Source: Candidatus Sulfotelmatobacter sp.
GTDB lineage: Bacteria; Eisenbacteria; RBG-16-71-46
Assembly: GCA_035498555.1 (NCBI GenBank)
Contig: DATKAB010000053.1
Span: forward strand, 62,608-126,607
Length of the DNA stretch: 64,000 nucleotides
Direction: 5' to 3'
Shown: one piece after another, positions 31,073 to 40,623 of the stretch
Layout: every line of letters begins with the position of its first letter
Position numbering within the stretch: position 1 is the first letter of the stretch
Notes under the pieces: generated by a model
The model's input: only the letters and a program-made list of their open reading frames with translations
What the model was told of the DNA's origin: nothing
Database searches by the model: none
Made by a program: the position numbers and the translations under genes

Positions 31073-32920
31073 GTGCCGCCGATGAAGACCTACCTTCGGC
31101 TGCTCGGCTATCTCAAGCCCTATCGGACCCGGCTGGCGCTGGCGCTCCTGTGCATGGTGCTCTACGCACTGATGTCGGCGGTGTCGCTGGGCATGGTGGC
31201 GCCGTTCATGCGCATCCTGTTCGAGCGCACCGGCGTGATGGGGCAGGTGTCCGGAGTCGCCGGCCTCGCGATGCAATCCGACCGCCTCACCGGATGGCCC
31301 GAGCCGTTGCGCGCTTGGGCCCAGGGCGCTCTGCTCGACGCGCGGCCGCTGGTGGCCCTCGAGCGCGTGTGCGTGCTGATCCTGGTGGCGCTCGCGCTCA
31401 AGAATCTCGCCGACTATCTGCAGGCCTACCTGATGGTGACGGTGGAACAGGCGGCCATCCGCGATCTCCGCAGCGGCATGTTCTCGCACCTGATGCAGCT
31501 GCCGCTCTCGTTCTTCCAGGAATCCCGCGGCGGCGCGCTGCTCTCGCGCATGACCAACGACCTGGAATTCGCGCGCGCCTCGCTGGCGGCCGGAGTCGGC
31601 AACCTGGTCAAGGACTCGCTCACCCTGCTCGGGTGCCTGGCCTGGGTGTTCCTGGCGTCGTGGCGTCTGGCGCTGCTGGCGATGGTCGTGCTGCCGCCGG
31701 CGGCGGTGGCGCTGGTGGCGATCGGGCGAAAGATGCGCCAGCGCTCAACTCGCGCCCAGCAGCGCATCGCCGAAGTCAGCAGCATCGTGCAGGAGACCGC
31801 GGCGGGCGTGCGAGTGGTCAAGGGCTTCGGCATGGAAGGTTACGAACGGAATCGGTTCGATCAGGCCAACGACGGCTACTACCGCGCCGTCGTCAAGCTG
31901 CGCCGGGTCTCGGCCGCGGCCCGACCGGTGAGCGAATACGCGATCGTGGTCGTGGCGGTGGCCATGCTGTGGGTGGGGGGTCAGCAAATCTTCGTCAACC
32001 ATTCGCTCGCCCCTCAGCAGTTCATCCTGTTCGTGACCGCGCTGCTCAGCACCATCTCGCCGATCAAGAGCCTGTCCGAGGTCAACGCCAACATTCAGCA
32101 GGGCATCTCCGCGGGCGAGCGGATCTTCGCGCTGTTCGACGCTCCGCCCACCGAGGTGGATCGCGCGGGCGCTCGCGCGCTGCCGAGACTGGCGCACGGC
32201 CTGCGCTTCGATCAGGTGAGCTTCGCCTACGACCACGACAAGCCGGTGCTCGAGAACGTGAGTTTCGAGGTTCGGCGGGGCGAGGTGCTGGCGCTGGTGG
32301 GCCCGAGCGGCGCGGGGAAGAGCACGGCGCTCGATCTGCTGGCGCGATTCCGCGAGCCGACCATGGGCCGCATCATCCTCGACGGCGTGGACATTCGAGA
32401 CGGCACCATCGCCTCGCTTCGCTCCCAGCTCGGCATCGTCACCCAGGAGACCCTGCTGTTCCACGACACCGTCTCTCACAATATCGCTTACGGCCTGACC
32501 GGCGTGGACCCGGACGCGGTGATCGCGGCCGCGCGCGCCGCGCACGCGCACGATTTCATCATGCGGTTGCCGAGGCGCTACGAGACCGTGATCGGCGAGC
32601 GCGGCACCCGGCTGTCGGGCGGCGAGCGGCAGCGGCTCGCGATCGCCCGGGCGCTGCTGCGCAATCCCGCCATTCTGCTGCTCGACGAGGCCACCTCGGC
32701 GCTCGACACCGAAAGCGAACGCCTGGTGCAGGACGCGCTCGAGCACCTGATGCGTGATCGCACCGTGGTGGTGATCGCGCACCGGCTCTCCACCGTGCAG
32801 CACGCCGACCGCATCGTGGTGCTCGAGCACGGTCGGGTCGTGGCCACCGGGACCCACGCCGAGCTGATGCTGGCGGGCGGCGCCTACCGCCGGCTCTACG
32901 AGCTTCAGTTCACGGGATGA
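31073..32920 (+). CDS. msbA: lipid A export ABC transporter permease/ATP-binding protein MsbA-like
   Basis: Six-TM ABC exporter domain plus NBD (Walker A GPSGAGKST, signature LSGGERQR). An alternative ATG start lies at 31082. Confidence 0.8.
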   Translation: MPPMKTYLRLLGYLKPYRTRLALALLCMVLYALMSAVSLGMVAPFMRILFERTGVMGQVSGVAGLAMQSDRLTGWPEPLRAWAQGALLDARPLVALERVCVLILVALALKNLADYLQAYLMVTVEQAAIRDLRSGMFSHLMQLPLSFFQESRGGALLSRMTNDLEFARASLAAGVGNLVKDSLTLLGCLAWVFLASWRLALLAMVVLPPAAVALVAIGRKMRQRSTRAQQRIAEVSSIVQETAAGVRVVKGFGMEGYERNRFDQANDGYYRAVVKLRRVSAAARPVSEYAIVVVAVAMLWVGGQQIFVNHSLAPQQFILFVTALLSTISPIKSLSEVNANIQQGISAGERIFALFDAPPTEVDRAGARALPRLAHGLRFDQVSFAYDHDKPVLENVSFEVRRGEVLALVGPSGAGKSTALDLLARFREPTMGRIILDGVDIRDGTIASLRSQLGIVTQETLLFHDTVSHNIAYGLTGVDPDAVIAAARAAHAHDFIMRLPRRYETVIGERGTRLSGGERQRLAIARALLRNPAILLLDEATSALDTESERLVQDALEHLMRDRTVVVIAHRLSTVQHADRIVVLEHGRVVATGTHAELMLAGGAYRRLYELQFTG

Positions 32921-33993
32921 GCCGGGCGCCGAAGCCGCTCGCGATACCGGCGGGAGGCTTCCGCGAGATCGCAATCCTGCGGCTCTCCTCGCTCGGCGAC
33001 GTGGTGCTGACTCTGCCGGTGGTGCACGCGCTGCGCGCGGCATTCCCCGACGCGCGAATTCACTACTGGGTGAAGGAAGAGTACGCCGAGGCGCTGAGTG
33101 CCGATCCGGCCATCGATCACGTGAGGATGCTCGAGCGCGACGGGCGCCGCCTCGAGGACCTGGTCTCGATGAGCGCCGAGCTCGAGGCCTGCGATCTGAT
33201 CGTGGATCTCCACGCCAGCTCGCGCACCCGCGTCCTCACCTTCCGCCAGGGCGCGCCCGTGTTGCGGGTGCGCAACCAGCGCCTGCTCCGCTCGCGCTGG
33301 GTGCACGCGCGCTGGACCGGGCCGCGGCCCGCCGATCCGGTCGTCGAGCGCTACGCGCGAACGCTCGCGCCACTCGGTATCGAGGCGGCGGAAGCGCCGC
33401 GGCTGACGGTCGGGCCCGAGGTCGAGCGATGGGCGGCGGACTGGTGTGCCGCCCGGGGAGCGGCACCGCGCATCGGCTTTTGTCCGGCCGCTCAGCACGC
33501 CACCAAACGCTGGCCGGAAGAACACTGGCTCTCGCTGCTCGAGCTCCAGCTCGCACGGGGCCGGCGGGTGGTGGCGTTCTCGCTGCCGCGCGAGCGCGAA
33601 CAATTCCCGAGGCTGCTGAGCGCGATCGAGAGCCAGTCGAGCGCGGGCTGGTGCTCGGAGAAGCTCCAGCGCCAGGCGGCGCTCATGAGCCGTCTCGACG
33701 CGGTGGTGTGCGGCGACACCGGCCTGATGCACGTGGCGGCCGCGCGCGGGGCGCGGGTGGTGGCGATGTTCGGCAGCACCTCGCCGGCGCTGGGGTTCGC
33801 GCCCGCCGGCGGCGGGCACATCGTGCTGTGCCGCAACGAGCCATGCCAGCCGTGCACGCTCCACGGCCGGGAGCGCTGCCCCCTCGGACACTTCCACTGT
33901 ATGAAGAAGCTGCTGCCGGGGGAGGTCGAGGCGGCGGTCGAGGACGTGCTGGCGGGAGCGCCCGCTCGGGCCGGAGGGCCCGTTTCCAATTGA
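32917..33993 (+). CDS. glycosyltransferase family 9 protein (LPS heptosyltransferase-like)
   Basis: ATG overlaps the msbA stop. N-terminus ILRLSSLGDVVLT and a central GFCPAAQHATKRWP motif typical of WaaC/WaaF-type heptosyltransferases. Confidence 0.7.
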   Translation: MSRAPKPLAIPAGGFREIAILRLSSLGDVVLTLPVVHALRAAFPDARIHYWVKEEYAEALSADPAIDHVRMLERDGRRLEDLVSMSAELEACDLIVDLHASSRTRVLTFRQGAPVLRVRNQRLLRSRWVHARWTGPRPADPVVERYARTLAPLGIEAAEAPRLTVGPEVERWAADWCAARGAAPRIGFCPAAQHATKRWPEEHWLSLLELQLARGRRVVAFSLPREREQFPRLLSAIESQSSAGWCSEKLQRQAALMSRLDAVVCGDTGLMHVAAARGARVVAMFGSTSPALGFAPAGGGHIVLCRNEPCQPCTLHGRERCPLGHFHCMKKLLPGEVEAAVEDVLAGAPARAGGPVSN

Positions 33994-34124
33994 CTCTCCC
34001 GCTCCGGCAGGCCTAGCCTACTTGGGCCTGCGGTTCGCGATCTCCCGAGGAACCCCCATCTCACCTGGCTACCCGGTTCCAACGCGCTTCCCGCCCCTCA
34101 CCGCCGATTACCGGGAGTATCGCC

Positions 34125-35930
34125 ATGGTCGCCTCGCGCCGCCTTGCCAGTTTCGCGTTCGCCGCGCTCACGTCGCTGGGGGTCGCGCATTCGTCCTTCG
34201 CGAACTCCCTTCCACCCGGGCCGGTGGTCGGGCATCCCGCCGACTACGTGATCATCACTCCTTCGGCCTACGCCAGCGAGTTCCAGCGTCTCGCGAAATT
34301 CAAGACCCACGTCGGCGTTCCGGCGCTGGTCAAGACCCTCGAGGCGATCGTGACCGAGTATCCGGGCGGGCGAGACGACGCCGAACGCGTCCGGATGTTC
34401 CTGCAGGACGCGAGCCAGCAGTGGAACACGCACTGGGCGTTGCTCGGCGGTCTGCCGCCCGAGGTGCCGGCGCGGCGCGTGCACAGCACGTTCTTCGGCG
34501 GCCTGGACTTCGTGACCGATCTCTACTTCGGATCGCTCCACGGCACCTGGGACGCCAACGGCAACGGGGTCTTCGGCGAGGGCTACGTCTCGAGCGCCGA
34601 TCCGGGCGACAGCGTGGATCTCAGCGTGCAAGTCTACATCGGGCGCGCGCCGGTCAGGAGCGTCGCCGAAGCGCGAGACTTCGTGAACAAGACGATCGCC
34701 GCCAGCGCCGTGCCGTTCGATCCGACGCCGCATGCCGCGTTGCTGGCCGCCGACGCGTTGTTCCCTCACCCCTGGAACGGAACCGATCCGTTGAGCCTCG
34801 ACGGCGCGGACTTCACCGAGGTCGTGCGCAGCGTGATCGTGGGGACGCCCGGCGCCGGCGTGACGCGCCTCTACCAGAACTGGAATGATCCGCGCTGGCC
34901 GGACGCGCAGCCGCTTTCGCGTGCCTCCCTGCTCTCCGAGCTTCGCGCCGGCACGGATTTCTATCTCGACGTGAACTTCGGCGGCCCCCTCGTGATGACG
35001 GCGGCCAATGATTCGGTGACCGCCGCGGACCTCGATGCGCTGGGCGACGCGGCCCGTTCCACACACGCCTGGATGACCGGCGCGTGGTGCGGCAACTTTG
35101 AGGGCGATTGCCTGGCCGCTCACTTCGTGCGAGGCGCGAGCGGCGGGGCGGTGACCTGCGTGGCCGCATCGACCGAGTTGTTCTTCACGCCGCTCCTCAA
35201 CTATCAGCAGGGCTACGCGGCCGCGCTCTACCCGCCGGCCTCGGATCCCGAGGGGGAGGCGCTGGCGGCGGCCAAGGCGCCGTTCATCGACTACTCGGCC
35301 TACGACGGCGTCCATCGCACCACCGAGATGGCCCTCAACCTGATCGGCGATCCGGGGCTGCAGATCCGTCCGGTCGAACCGCTGGCACTCGAAGCCGATT
35401 TCTCCTCGGCCGTCTCGGTCGGCAGCCCGGGCTTCGAGGTGGTCGTCACCGCAGCCGGCGCGCCGCTCGCCCGCGCGCGTGTGGCGGTGGAATTCGGCGA
35501 CGAAGCGCTGGCGGTGTCGATGACCGATATTACGGGCCGGGCGCAGGTCGAGCTGACCCCGGCGCACGCGGGCGTCGAGGCCCTGACGGTCACGGCACTC
35601 GACGGCAGCCGCCTCGAGGGCGCCGTTCAGGTGAACGAGGCGCTCGCGGTCGAGCGGGGCGGTTCCCCGGCGACGCGCCTCGACGCCCCGCTGCCCAATC
35701 CGGCGTTCGCGAACGCGCGGCTCTCGGGGGAAGCGGCATCGAATGGTTCGCTCGCGCTCTTCGATGTGGGCGGACGGCGGCTGCGCGAGTTCGCCATCGC
35801 TCCGGGCCGGTTCGATCTGCGCTGGGATCTCGGCGACGCGAGCGGACGTCGCGTGCCCGCGGGATTGTACTTCGCGCGGCTCTCCTCCGGCCCGGCGACC
35901 CTCGTTCAGCGACTGCTGGTCACGCGCTGA
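34125..35930 (+). CDS. peptidase C25 (gingipain/PorU-like) family protein with T9SS C-terminal sorting domain
   Basis: Signal peptide; N-terminal DYVIITPSAYASEF..KFK pattern as in C25 peptidases; His (LHG) and Cys (AWCGNF) candidate catalytic residues. The last ~80 aa (LPNPAFANA ... FDVGGRRLR ... WDLGDASGRRVPAGLYFARL) match the type-A T9SS/FlgD-Ig-like sorting domain consensus. Confidence 0.6.
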   Translation: MVASRRLASFAFAALTSLGVAHSSFANSLPPGPVVGHPADYVIITPSAYASEFQRLAKFKTHVGVPALVKTLEAIVTEYPGGRDDAERVRMFLQDASQQWNTHWALLGGLPPEVPARRVHSTFFGGLDFVTDLYFGSLHGTWDANGNGVFGEGYVSSADPGDSVDLSVQVYIGRAPVRSVAEARDFVNKTIAASAVPFDPTPHAALLAADALFPHPWNGTDPLSLDGADFTEVVRSVIVGTPGAGVTRLYQNWNDPRWPDAQPLSRASLLSELRAGTDFYLDVNFGGPLVMTAANDSVTAADLDALGDAARSTHAWMTGAWCGNFEGDCLAAHFVRGASGGAVTCVAASTELFFTPLLNYQQGYAAALYPPASDPEGEALAAAKAPFIDYSAYDGVHRTTEMALNLIGDPGLQIRPVEPLALEADFSSAVSVGSPGFEVVVTAAGAPLARARVAVEFGDEALAVSMTDITGRAQVELTPAHAGVEALTVTALDGSRLEGAVQVNEALAVERGGSPATRLDAPLPNPAFANARLSGEAASNGSLALFDVGGRRLREFAIAPGRFDLRWDLGDASGRRVPAGLYFARLSSGPATLVQRLLVTR

Positions 35931-36090
35931 TCGCGCGCCCCTCACGGGCGACCGCGTCGGAGGCCACGGCCTCGGCTTGAGAGGGTCGTGGCCCCCGCCT
36001 ATACTGCGCGCCCTTCGCGCCACCGCGGATGTCGAGTGTCGCGGTTTCGCCGGCCGTAGGTGCCGGCGTTTCGTCAGCCCCGGAGAGCCC

Positions 36091-37533
36091 GTGAGCCAGA
36101 CCGACGACAAGAAGCAGTTCGTCGAGGACCTGACCGACCAGTCCGACGATTTCTCGCGCTGGTACAACGAGGTGGTGCGCAAGGCCCAGCTCGCCGACTA
36201 CACACCGGTGCGCGGCTCGATGGTGATCCGGCCCTATGGCTACGCACTGTGGGAGAACATGCAGCAGCAACTCGACCGGCGCATCAAGGCCACCGGCCAT
36301 CAGAATGCCTACTTTCCGCTGCTGATCCCGGAGAGCCTGCTGGCCCTGGAGGCTGAGCACGTCGAGGGGTTCGCGCCCCAGGTCGCGTGGGTCACGCACG
36401 GCGGCAACGACAAGCTCGAAGAGCGCTACTGCATCCGCCCGACCAGCGAGGCCATCATCGGCCATCTCTACTCGCGCTGGATCGAGTCCTATCGGGACCT
36501 CCCGGTGCTCATCAACCAGTGGGCCAACGTGATGCGCTGGGAAAAGGTGACGCGGCTGTTCCTGCGCACCGCCGAGTTCCTGTGGCAGGAGGGTCATACC
36601 GCCCACGCCGGCGGAGCCGAAGCGCAGGAAGAAGTGCTGCGCATGCTCGAGGTGTATCGCGATTTCGTCGAGAACGAACTCGCCATCCCGGTCTGGCCGG
36701 GGAAGAAGAGCGACGCCGAGAAGTTCGCCGGCGCCGACGCGACCTACACCGTCGAGGCCCTGATGCGCGACGGCAAGGCCCTGCAGGCCGGCACTTCTCA
36801 CAATCTCGGGCAGCATTTCGCGAAAGTGTTCGACATCACCTTCCAGGACGAGCAGGGCAAGCGCCAGTACGTCCATCAGACGTCATGGGGCATGACCACT
36901 CGCATGATCGGCGGCGTGGTGATGACCCACGGGGACGATCAGGGATTGAAGATGCCGCCCCGCGTGGCGCCGATCCAGGCGGTGGTGATCCCGATCTGGC
37001 GGAAGCCGGAAGAGAAGTCGGCGGTGCTCGAGTTCCTCGACCGAGTGCGGGCGGCGCTGGCGGATCGCGTGCGCCTCCACGTCGACGCCCGCGATCAGTA
37101 TTCGCCGGGCTGGAAGTACAACGAGTACGAGTTGCGCGGCGTGCCGGTGCGCCTCGAGGTCGGTCCTCGCGACGTGAGCGCGCAGTCGGTGATGAGCGTG
37201 CGCCGCGACACTCGCGCCAAACAGCCGATTCCGCTGGCCGAGCTCGGCGTCCGCGTGCCGGCGTTGCTCGGCCAGGTCCAGCGCGATCTGTTCGATTCGG
37301 CGCTCAAGTTCCGCGAGGAGAACACCGCGTTCGCCAGGGACCTCGGCGAGATCGAAGCGCATTTCGCCGAACGGCGCGGCTTCGTGGCCACACCCTGGGA
37401 GGGCGACGCGAAGTTCGAGGCCGAGGTCAAGGCCCGTACCATGGCGACGTTGCGCTGCGTGCCGCTCGATCAGTCGCGCTTCCGCGAGCAGGCATCGGGC
37501 CGCAGCTGGGCGCTGTTCGCGCGCTCCTACTGA
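36091..37533 (+). CDS. proS: proline--tRNA ligase (archaeal/eukaryotic-type class II ProRS)
   Basis: GTG start; N-terminus FSRWYNEVVRKAQLADYTPVRGSMVIRPYGY; class II motifs and the C-terminal ProRS-specific domain; 480 aa. Confidence 0.9.
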   Translation: MSQTDDKKQFVEDLTDQSDDFSRWYNEVVRKAQLADYTPVRGSMVIRPYGYALWENMQQQLDRRIKATGHQNAYFPLLIPESLLALEAEHVEGFAPQVAWVTHGGNDKLEERYCIRPTSEAIIGHLYSRWIESYRDLPVLINQWANVMRWEKVTRLFLRTAEFLWQEGHTAHAGGAEAQEEVLRMLEVYRDFVENELAIPVWPGKKSDAEKFAGADATYTVEALMRDGKALQAGTSHNLGQHFAKVFDITFQDEQGKRQYVHQTSWGMTTRMIGGVVMTHGDDQGLKMPPRVAPIQAVVIPIWRKPEEKSAVLEFLDRVRAALADRVRLHVDARDQYSPGWKYNEYELRGVPVRLEVGPRDVSAQSVMSVRRDTRAKQPIPLAELGVRVPALLGQVQRDLFDSALKFREENTAFARDLGEIEAHFAERRGFVATPWEGDAKFEAEVKARTMATLRCVPLDQSRFREQASGRSWALFARSY

Positions 37534-37544
37534 GGCGCGCCGGG

Positions 37545-38522
37545 GTGGGCGACGCCGGGCGGTTGCTGGTCCGGATACCGAACTGGCTCGGCGACGCGAT
37601 CATGGCGCGACCGATGCTGAGTGCGATTCGGCGGCACTTCACCGGCGCGCGGGTGGTCGCGGTCGGGCCCGCGGCGCTGCTCGAGTTGCTGGAAGGGGAC
37701 GGCCACTGGGACGAGTCGGCGCCGCGCGACGTCGACCCGCGCTCGACGCCGGCGCTCGGCGCCCCCGCCGATCTCGCCATCGTCTGCCCGCCCTCGTTTT
37801 CGAGCGCGTGGCGGGCCTGGCGGCTGGGCTGCCGCCGGCGAGTCGGCTTCCGCGGCGAAGCCCGCGACTGGCTGCTGACCGATCCGATCGCGCGCCCCTC
37901 GAGAGGGAGTCTGCATCTGTCCGAGGAATACCTGTTGCTGTCGGCGCGCGTCGGGGCCTCGGCGTTCGAAACCCCGCCACTGCGCGCGCCCGCGCTCGAG
38001 ACGGGGAGTGGGGCGCCGCCGGGCTCCGCGGAGAACGACCACGCGCCCTTCGCGATCCTCGCGCCGGGCGCGACCTACGGGCCGGCGAAGCGCTGGCCCG
38101 CGGAGCGCTTCGTGGCGGTGGGCAGGGCGCTGACGGCTCGCGGCCTGGCGGTGCGCGTCTGCGGGGTCGGGGCCGAGCGCGAGATCTGCGAGTCGGTGGC
38201 CTCGGCGATCGCAGCAGCGCGATCGCTGGCCGGCCTGACTTCGCTCCAGCAGCTGGCGCGCCTGTGCTCCGGCGCGCGCCTGGTGGTGGCCAACGACTCG
38301 GGGCTCGCGCACCTCGCGGCCGCGGTCGGCGCGCCGACCGTGGTGGTGTTCGGCTCGACCAGCAGCGCGTGGACGGCGCCGCTGGGCCCGAAGGTGCGGG
38401 TGGTGCAGCGACCGCCGGTCTGCTCGCCCTGTTTCCAGCGCGCCTGCACGATCGGCTATCGCTGTCTCGAAGCCGTGCCGGTGCGCGACGTGCTCGGCGC
38501 CGCCGAGGAGCTGGCGGCGTGA
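37545..38522 (+). CDS. waaF: ADP-heptose--LPS heptosyltransferase (GT9, WaaF-like)
   Basis: GTG 12 nt after the proS stop. Motif FAILAPGATYGPAKRWP and C-terminal VVANDSGLAHLAAAVGAPTVVVFG align closely with E. coli WaaF. Confidence 0.7.
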   Translation: MGDAGRLLVRIPNWLGDAIMARPMLSAIRRHFTGARVVAVGPAALLELLEGDGHWDESAPRDVDPRSTPALGAPADLAIVCPPSFSSAWRAWRLGCRRRVGFRGEARDWLLTDPIARPSRGSLHLSEEYLLLSARVGASAFETPPLRAPALETGSGAPPGSAENDHAPFAILAPGATYGPAKRWPAERFVAVGRALTARGLAVRVCGVGAEREICESVASAIAAARSLAGLTSLQQLARLCSGARLVVANDSGLAHLAAAVGAPTVVVFGSTSSAWTAPLGPKVRVVQRPPVCSPCFQRACTIGYRCLEAVPVRDVLGAAEELAA

Positions 38523-39526
38523 GAGTGCTGGTGGCGGATTCGCCCGCGCTGAGCGCGAGCCGCATGCGCACTGCCGCCGAGGGATTGGCGCTGCGCGGAC
38601 ACCAGGTGATCCGGAAGCTGGAACCGGACGGCGGCCGGAATCCGCAGCTGGTGCTGGGCGCCGGTCCTCCGGCGGGTGCGGTGGTGCGCGGCTGGCGGGC
38701 GGCGGCGCACGTGGTGGTGCAGCAGATCACTCCGGCGGAGCTCAGGCGCTGGTCGCTCGTGGATCGCTGGCTATGGGCCTCGCTCTACGCCTTCGCGCTG
38801 GTCGAAGAGCGGGACGCCGGCGAGATTCGACTGCATCCGGGGCCGCTCCTCCTGGATCGAGTGGGACTCTGGTCCAGCGAGGCTCCCGCCGAACGACCGG
38901 CGGCCGAGCACGCCGATGTCGAGATCCTCGAGCGCGCCGGCGAGCGATCGATCGCGCGACATCGGAGCGCCGCGCCGCGGCGCGCGGTGTTCCTGGACCG
39001 CGACGGCACTCTGGTCGAGGAGGTGGGCTATCTCGACGATCCCGAGCGCCTGCGCCTCCTCCCCGGAGTGGCAGGGGCGCTCCGCTCGTTGCACGCCGCC
39101 GGCTTCGCCCTGGTGGTGATCTCGAACCAGTCGGGCGTCGGCCGGGGCCTCTACACCATGGCGACGGCGTACGCCGTGATGGCGCGACTTCGCTCCGAAC
39201 TCCGTCGCGAAGGCGTGGAGCTCGACGCCATCTATTTCTGTCCTCACCGTCCGGACCAGGGCTGCGCCTGTCGCAAGCCCGGCATCGAGCTGGTGGAACG
39301 CGCGGCCGAAGACCTGCTGCTCGACCCACGCCACTCGGTCATGATCGGGGACAAGCAGATCGACATCGAGACCGCGCGCCGGGCGGGCGCGGCCGGACTG
39401 CTGGTGCAGAGCGGCTACGGCGAGGAAGAGGCGCGGCGCATCGAGCAGGCCGGCGCCCCCAGGCCCGACCACGTGGCGTCGGATTTCGCCGCCGCGGCGC
39501 GCTGGGCCATCGATCGGCTCGCGTGA
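38519..39526 (+). CDS. gmhB: fusion protein: N-terminal Rossmann-like domain of unknown function plus C-terminal D-glycero-D-manno-heptose-1,7-bisphosphate phosphatase (GmhB, HAD-IIIA)
   Basis: GTG overlaps the waaF-like stop. The C-terminal 180 aa carry HAD motifs (FLDRDGTL, ISNQSG, CxCRKP, MIGDK) typical of GmhB. The N-terminal 150 aa (RVLVADSP...GHQV) resemble a truncated GT-B N-domain. Confidence 0.65.
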   Translation: MRVLVADSPALSASRMRTAAEGLALRGHQVIRKLEPDGGRNPQLVLGAGPPAGAVVRGWRAAAHVVVQQITPAELRRWSLVDRWLWASLYAFALVEERDAGEIRLHPGPLLLDRVGLWSSEAPAERPAAEHADVEILERAGERSIARHRSAAPRRAVFLDRDGTLVEEVGYLDDPERLRLLPGVAGALRSLHAAGFALVVISNQSGVGRGLYTMATAYAVMARLRSELRREGVELDAIYFCPHRPDQGCACRKPGIELVERAAEDLLLDPRHSVMIGDKQIDIETARRAGAAGLLVQSGYGEEEARRIEQAGAPRPDHVASDFAAAARWAIDRLA

Positions 39527-39527
39527 G

Positions 39528-40616
39528 CTAGCGGCTTCGATCGACGTCGAGCTGGTAGCTGGCGCCGCCTTCGACCGGCAGGTAGTGAAGCGCATAGCCC
39601 GAGACCTTGATCTGGTCGGCATCGATCCAGCGCGCTTCGATCAGATCCTGGAGCGAGGGCGGGTAGCCGCCGTGCTCGCGGCGGTAGAGGTCCAGCGCGA
39701 AGCGCAGGTCACGCATCTGCGCCGCGGCGAAGACGTCGTTGGCGGGCGGCGGGGGCGCGCTGGCCGCGATGCGTTGCGCCCCCAGCCGCAGCCCGAAGGC
39801 GAGAGCCGCGATCGCGACCGCCACCAGCGCCTCGCGGCTCCACGACAGGTCGCGCGGCACCAGCCGGCGAACGGGCGCGGACACCGGCGTGGCCGGGGCC
39901 TGGCCGGGGTCGCGGCGTCCGACCACCTCGATCCAATTGGCCTGAAGCATCCGAAACAGCGCTTCGTAGGCCTCGTACTCCGAAAGCGGCGCCGCGTCGA
40001 CGATCTCCTGCACCGTGTGCTGTCCGTCGACGATGCCGAACAGCTCGCGCTCCTCTTCGGAGAGCGGCTCGTTGGGGTCGGGCAGGTCGTGAACCCCGAG
40101 CAGCTGGTAGGGATCGCGGAACACCTGGACGAAACGCTTCTGCTCGTCCACCCGGCGGGCGGCTTCGATCAGTGCGCCCTCGATGCTCAGGCGTACGACC
40201 GGCGGCGCGTTCCAGCGGCTGTGCGGATCGAACCGATAGGTGCCGTCCTCCCAGCGCACCAGTCGCGTGAGATCGTCGAGGATCTGGCGCTCGACGTAGC
40301 CGGCCAGCTCGTCGGCGTCGAGGTACCGGCCGTTGAGGAGCAGATCCTCGACGTCGCGGTTGGACTCGCGCTGAATCGTCAGGATGCCGCGGTATTGCTC
40401 ATCCGACAGCCGGTGCACCTTGTGGAGGAACACCAGCAGCGGGTCGTCCTTCTGCTGGCCGCGATTGCGGGTGGAGACGATGCGCCCTTCCTGAACGTAG
40501 ACCACTGCGCGCTCGGTGTTCCACTCCATCATCAGACAGCCGGTCTTCTTCTGGCTGGCCACCAGCTGGAGGATCTCGGTGGCCGAGAAGTCGCGAAGAT
40601 TTCCCTGGAGCGCCAT
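39528..40616 (-). CDS. DUF4388 (PATAN-like) domain protein
   Basis: N-terminus GNLRDFSATEILQLVASQKKTGCLMM matches the DUF4388 domain. GAGG ribosome-binding site upstream; start lies 7 nt downstream of the stop of the preceding minus-strand gene. Confidence 0.6.
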   Translation of the reverse strand: MALQGNLRDFSATEILQLVASQKKTGCLMMEWNTERAVVYVQEGRIVSTRNRGQQKDDPLLVFLHKVHRLSDEQYRGILTIQRESNRDVEDLLLNGRYLDADELAGYVERQILDDLTRLVRWEDGTYRFDPHSRWNAPPVVRLSIEGALIEAARRVDEQKRFVQVFRDPYQLLGVHDLPDPNEPLSEEERELFGIVDGQHTVQEIVDAAPLSEYEAYEALFRMLQANWIEVVGRRDPGQAPATPVSAPVRRLVPRDLSWSREALVAVAIAALAFGLRLGAQRIAASAPPPPANDVFAAAQMRDLRFALDLYRREHGGYPPSLQDLIEARWIDADQIKVSGYALHYLPVEGGASYQLDVDRSR

Positions 40617-40623
40617 GGATGCC

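Noticed and set aside
34098-36182. 694-aa ORF on the minus strand opposite the C25/T9SS peptidase gene
   Set aside because: The + strand protein carries a signal peptide and a recognisable T9SS sorting domain; the minus ORF has no features.
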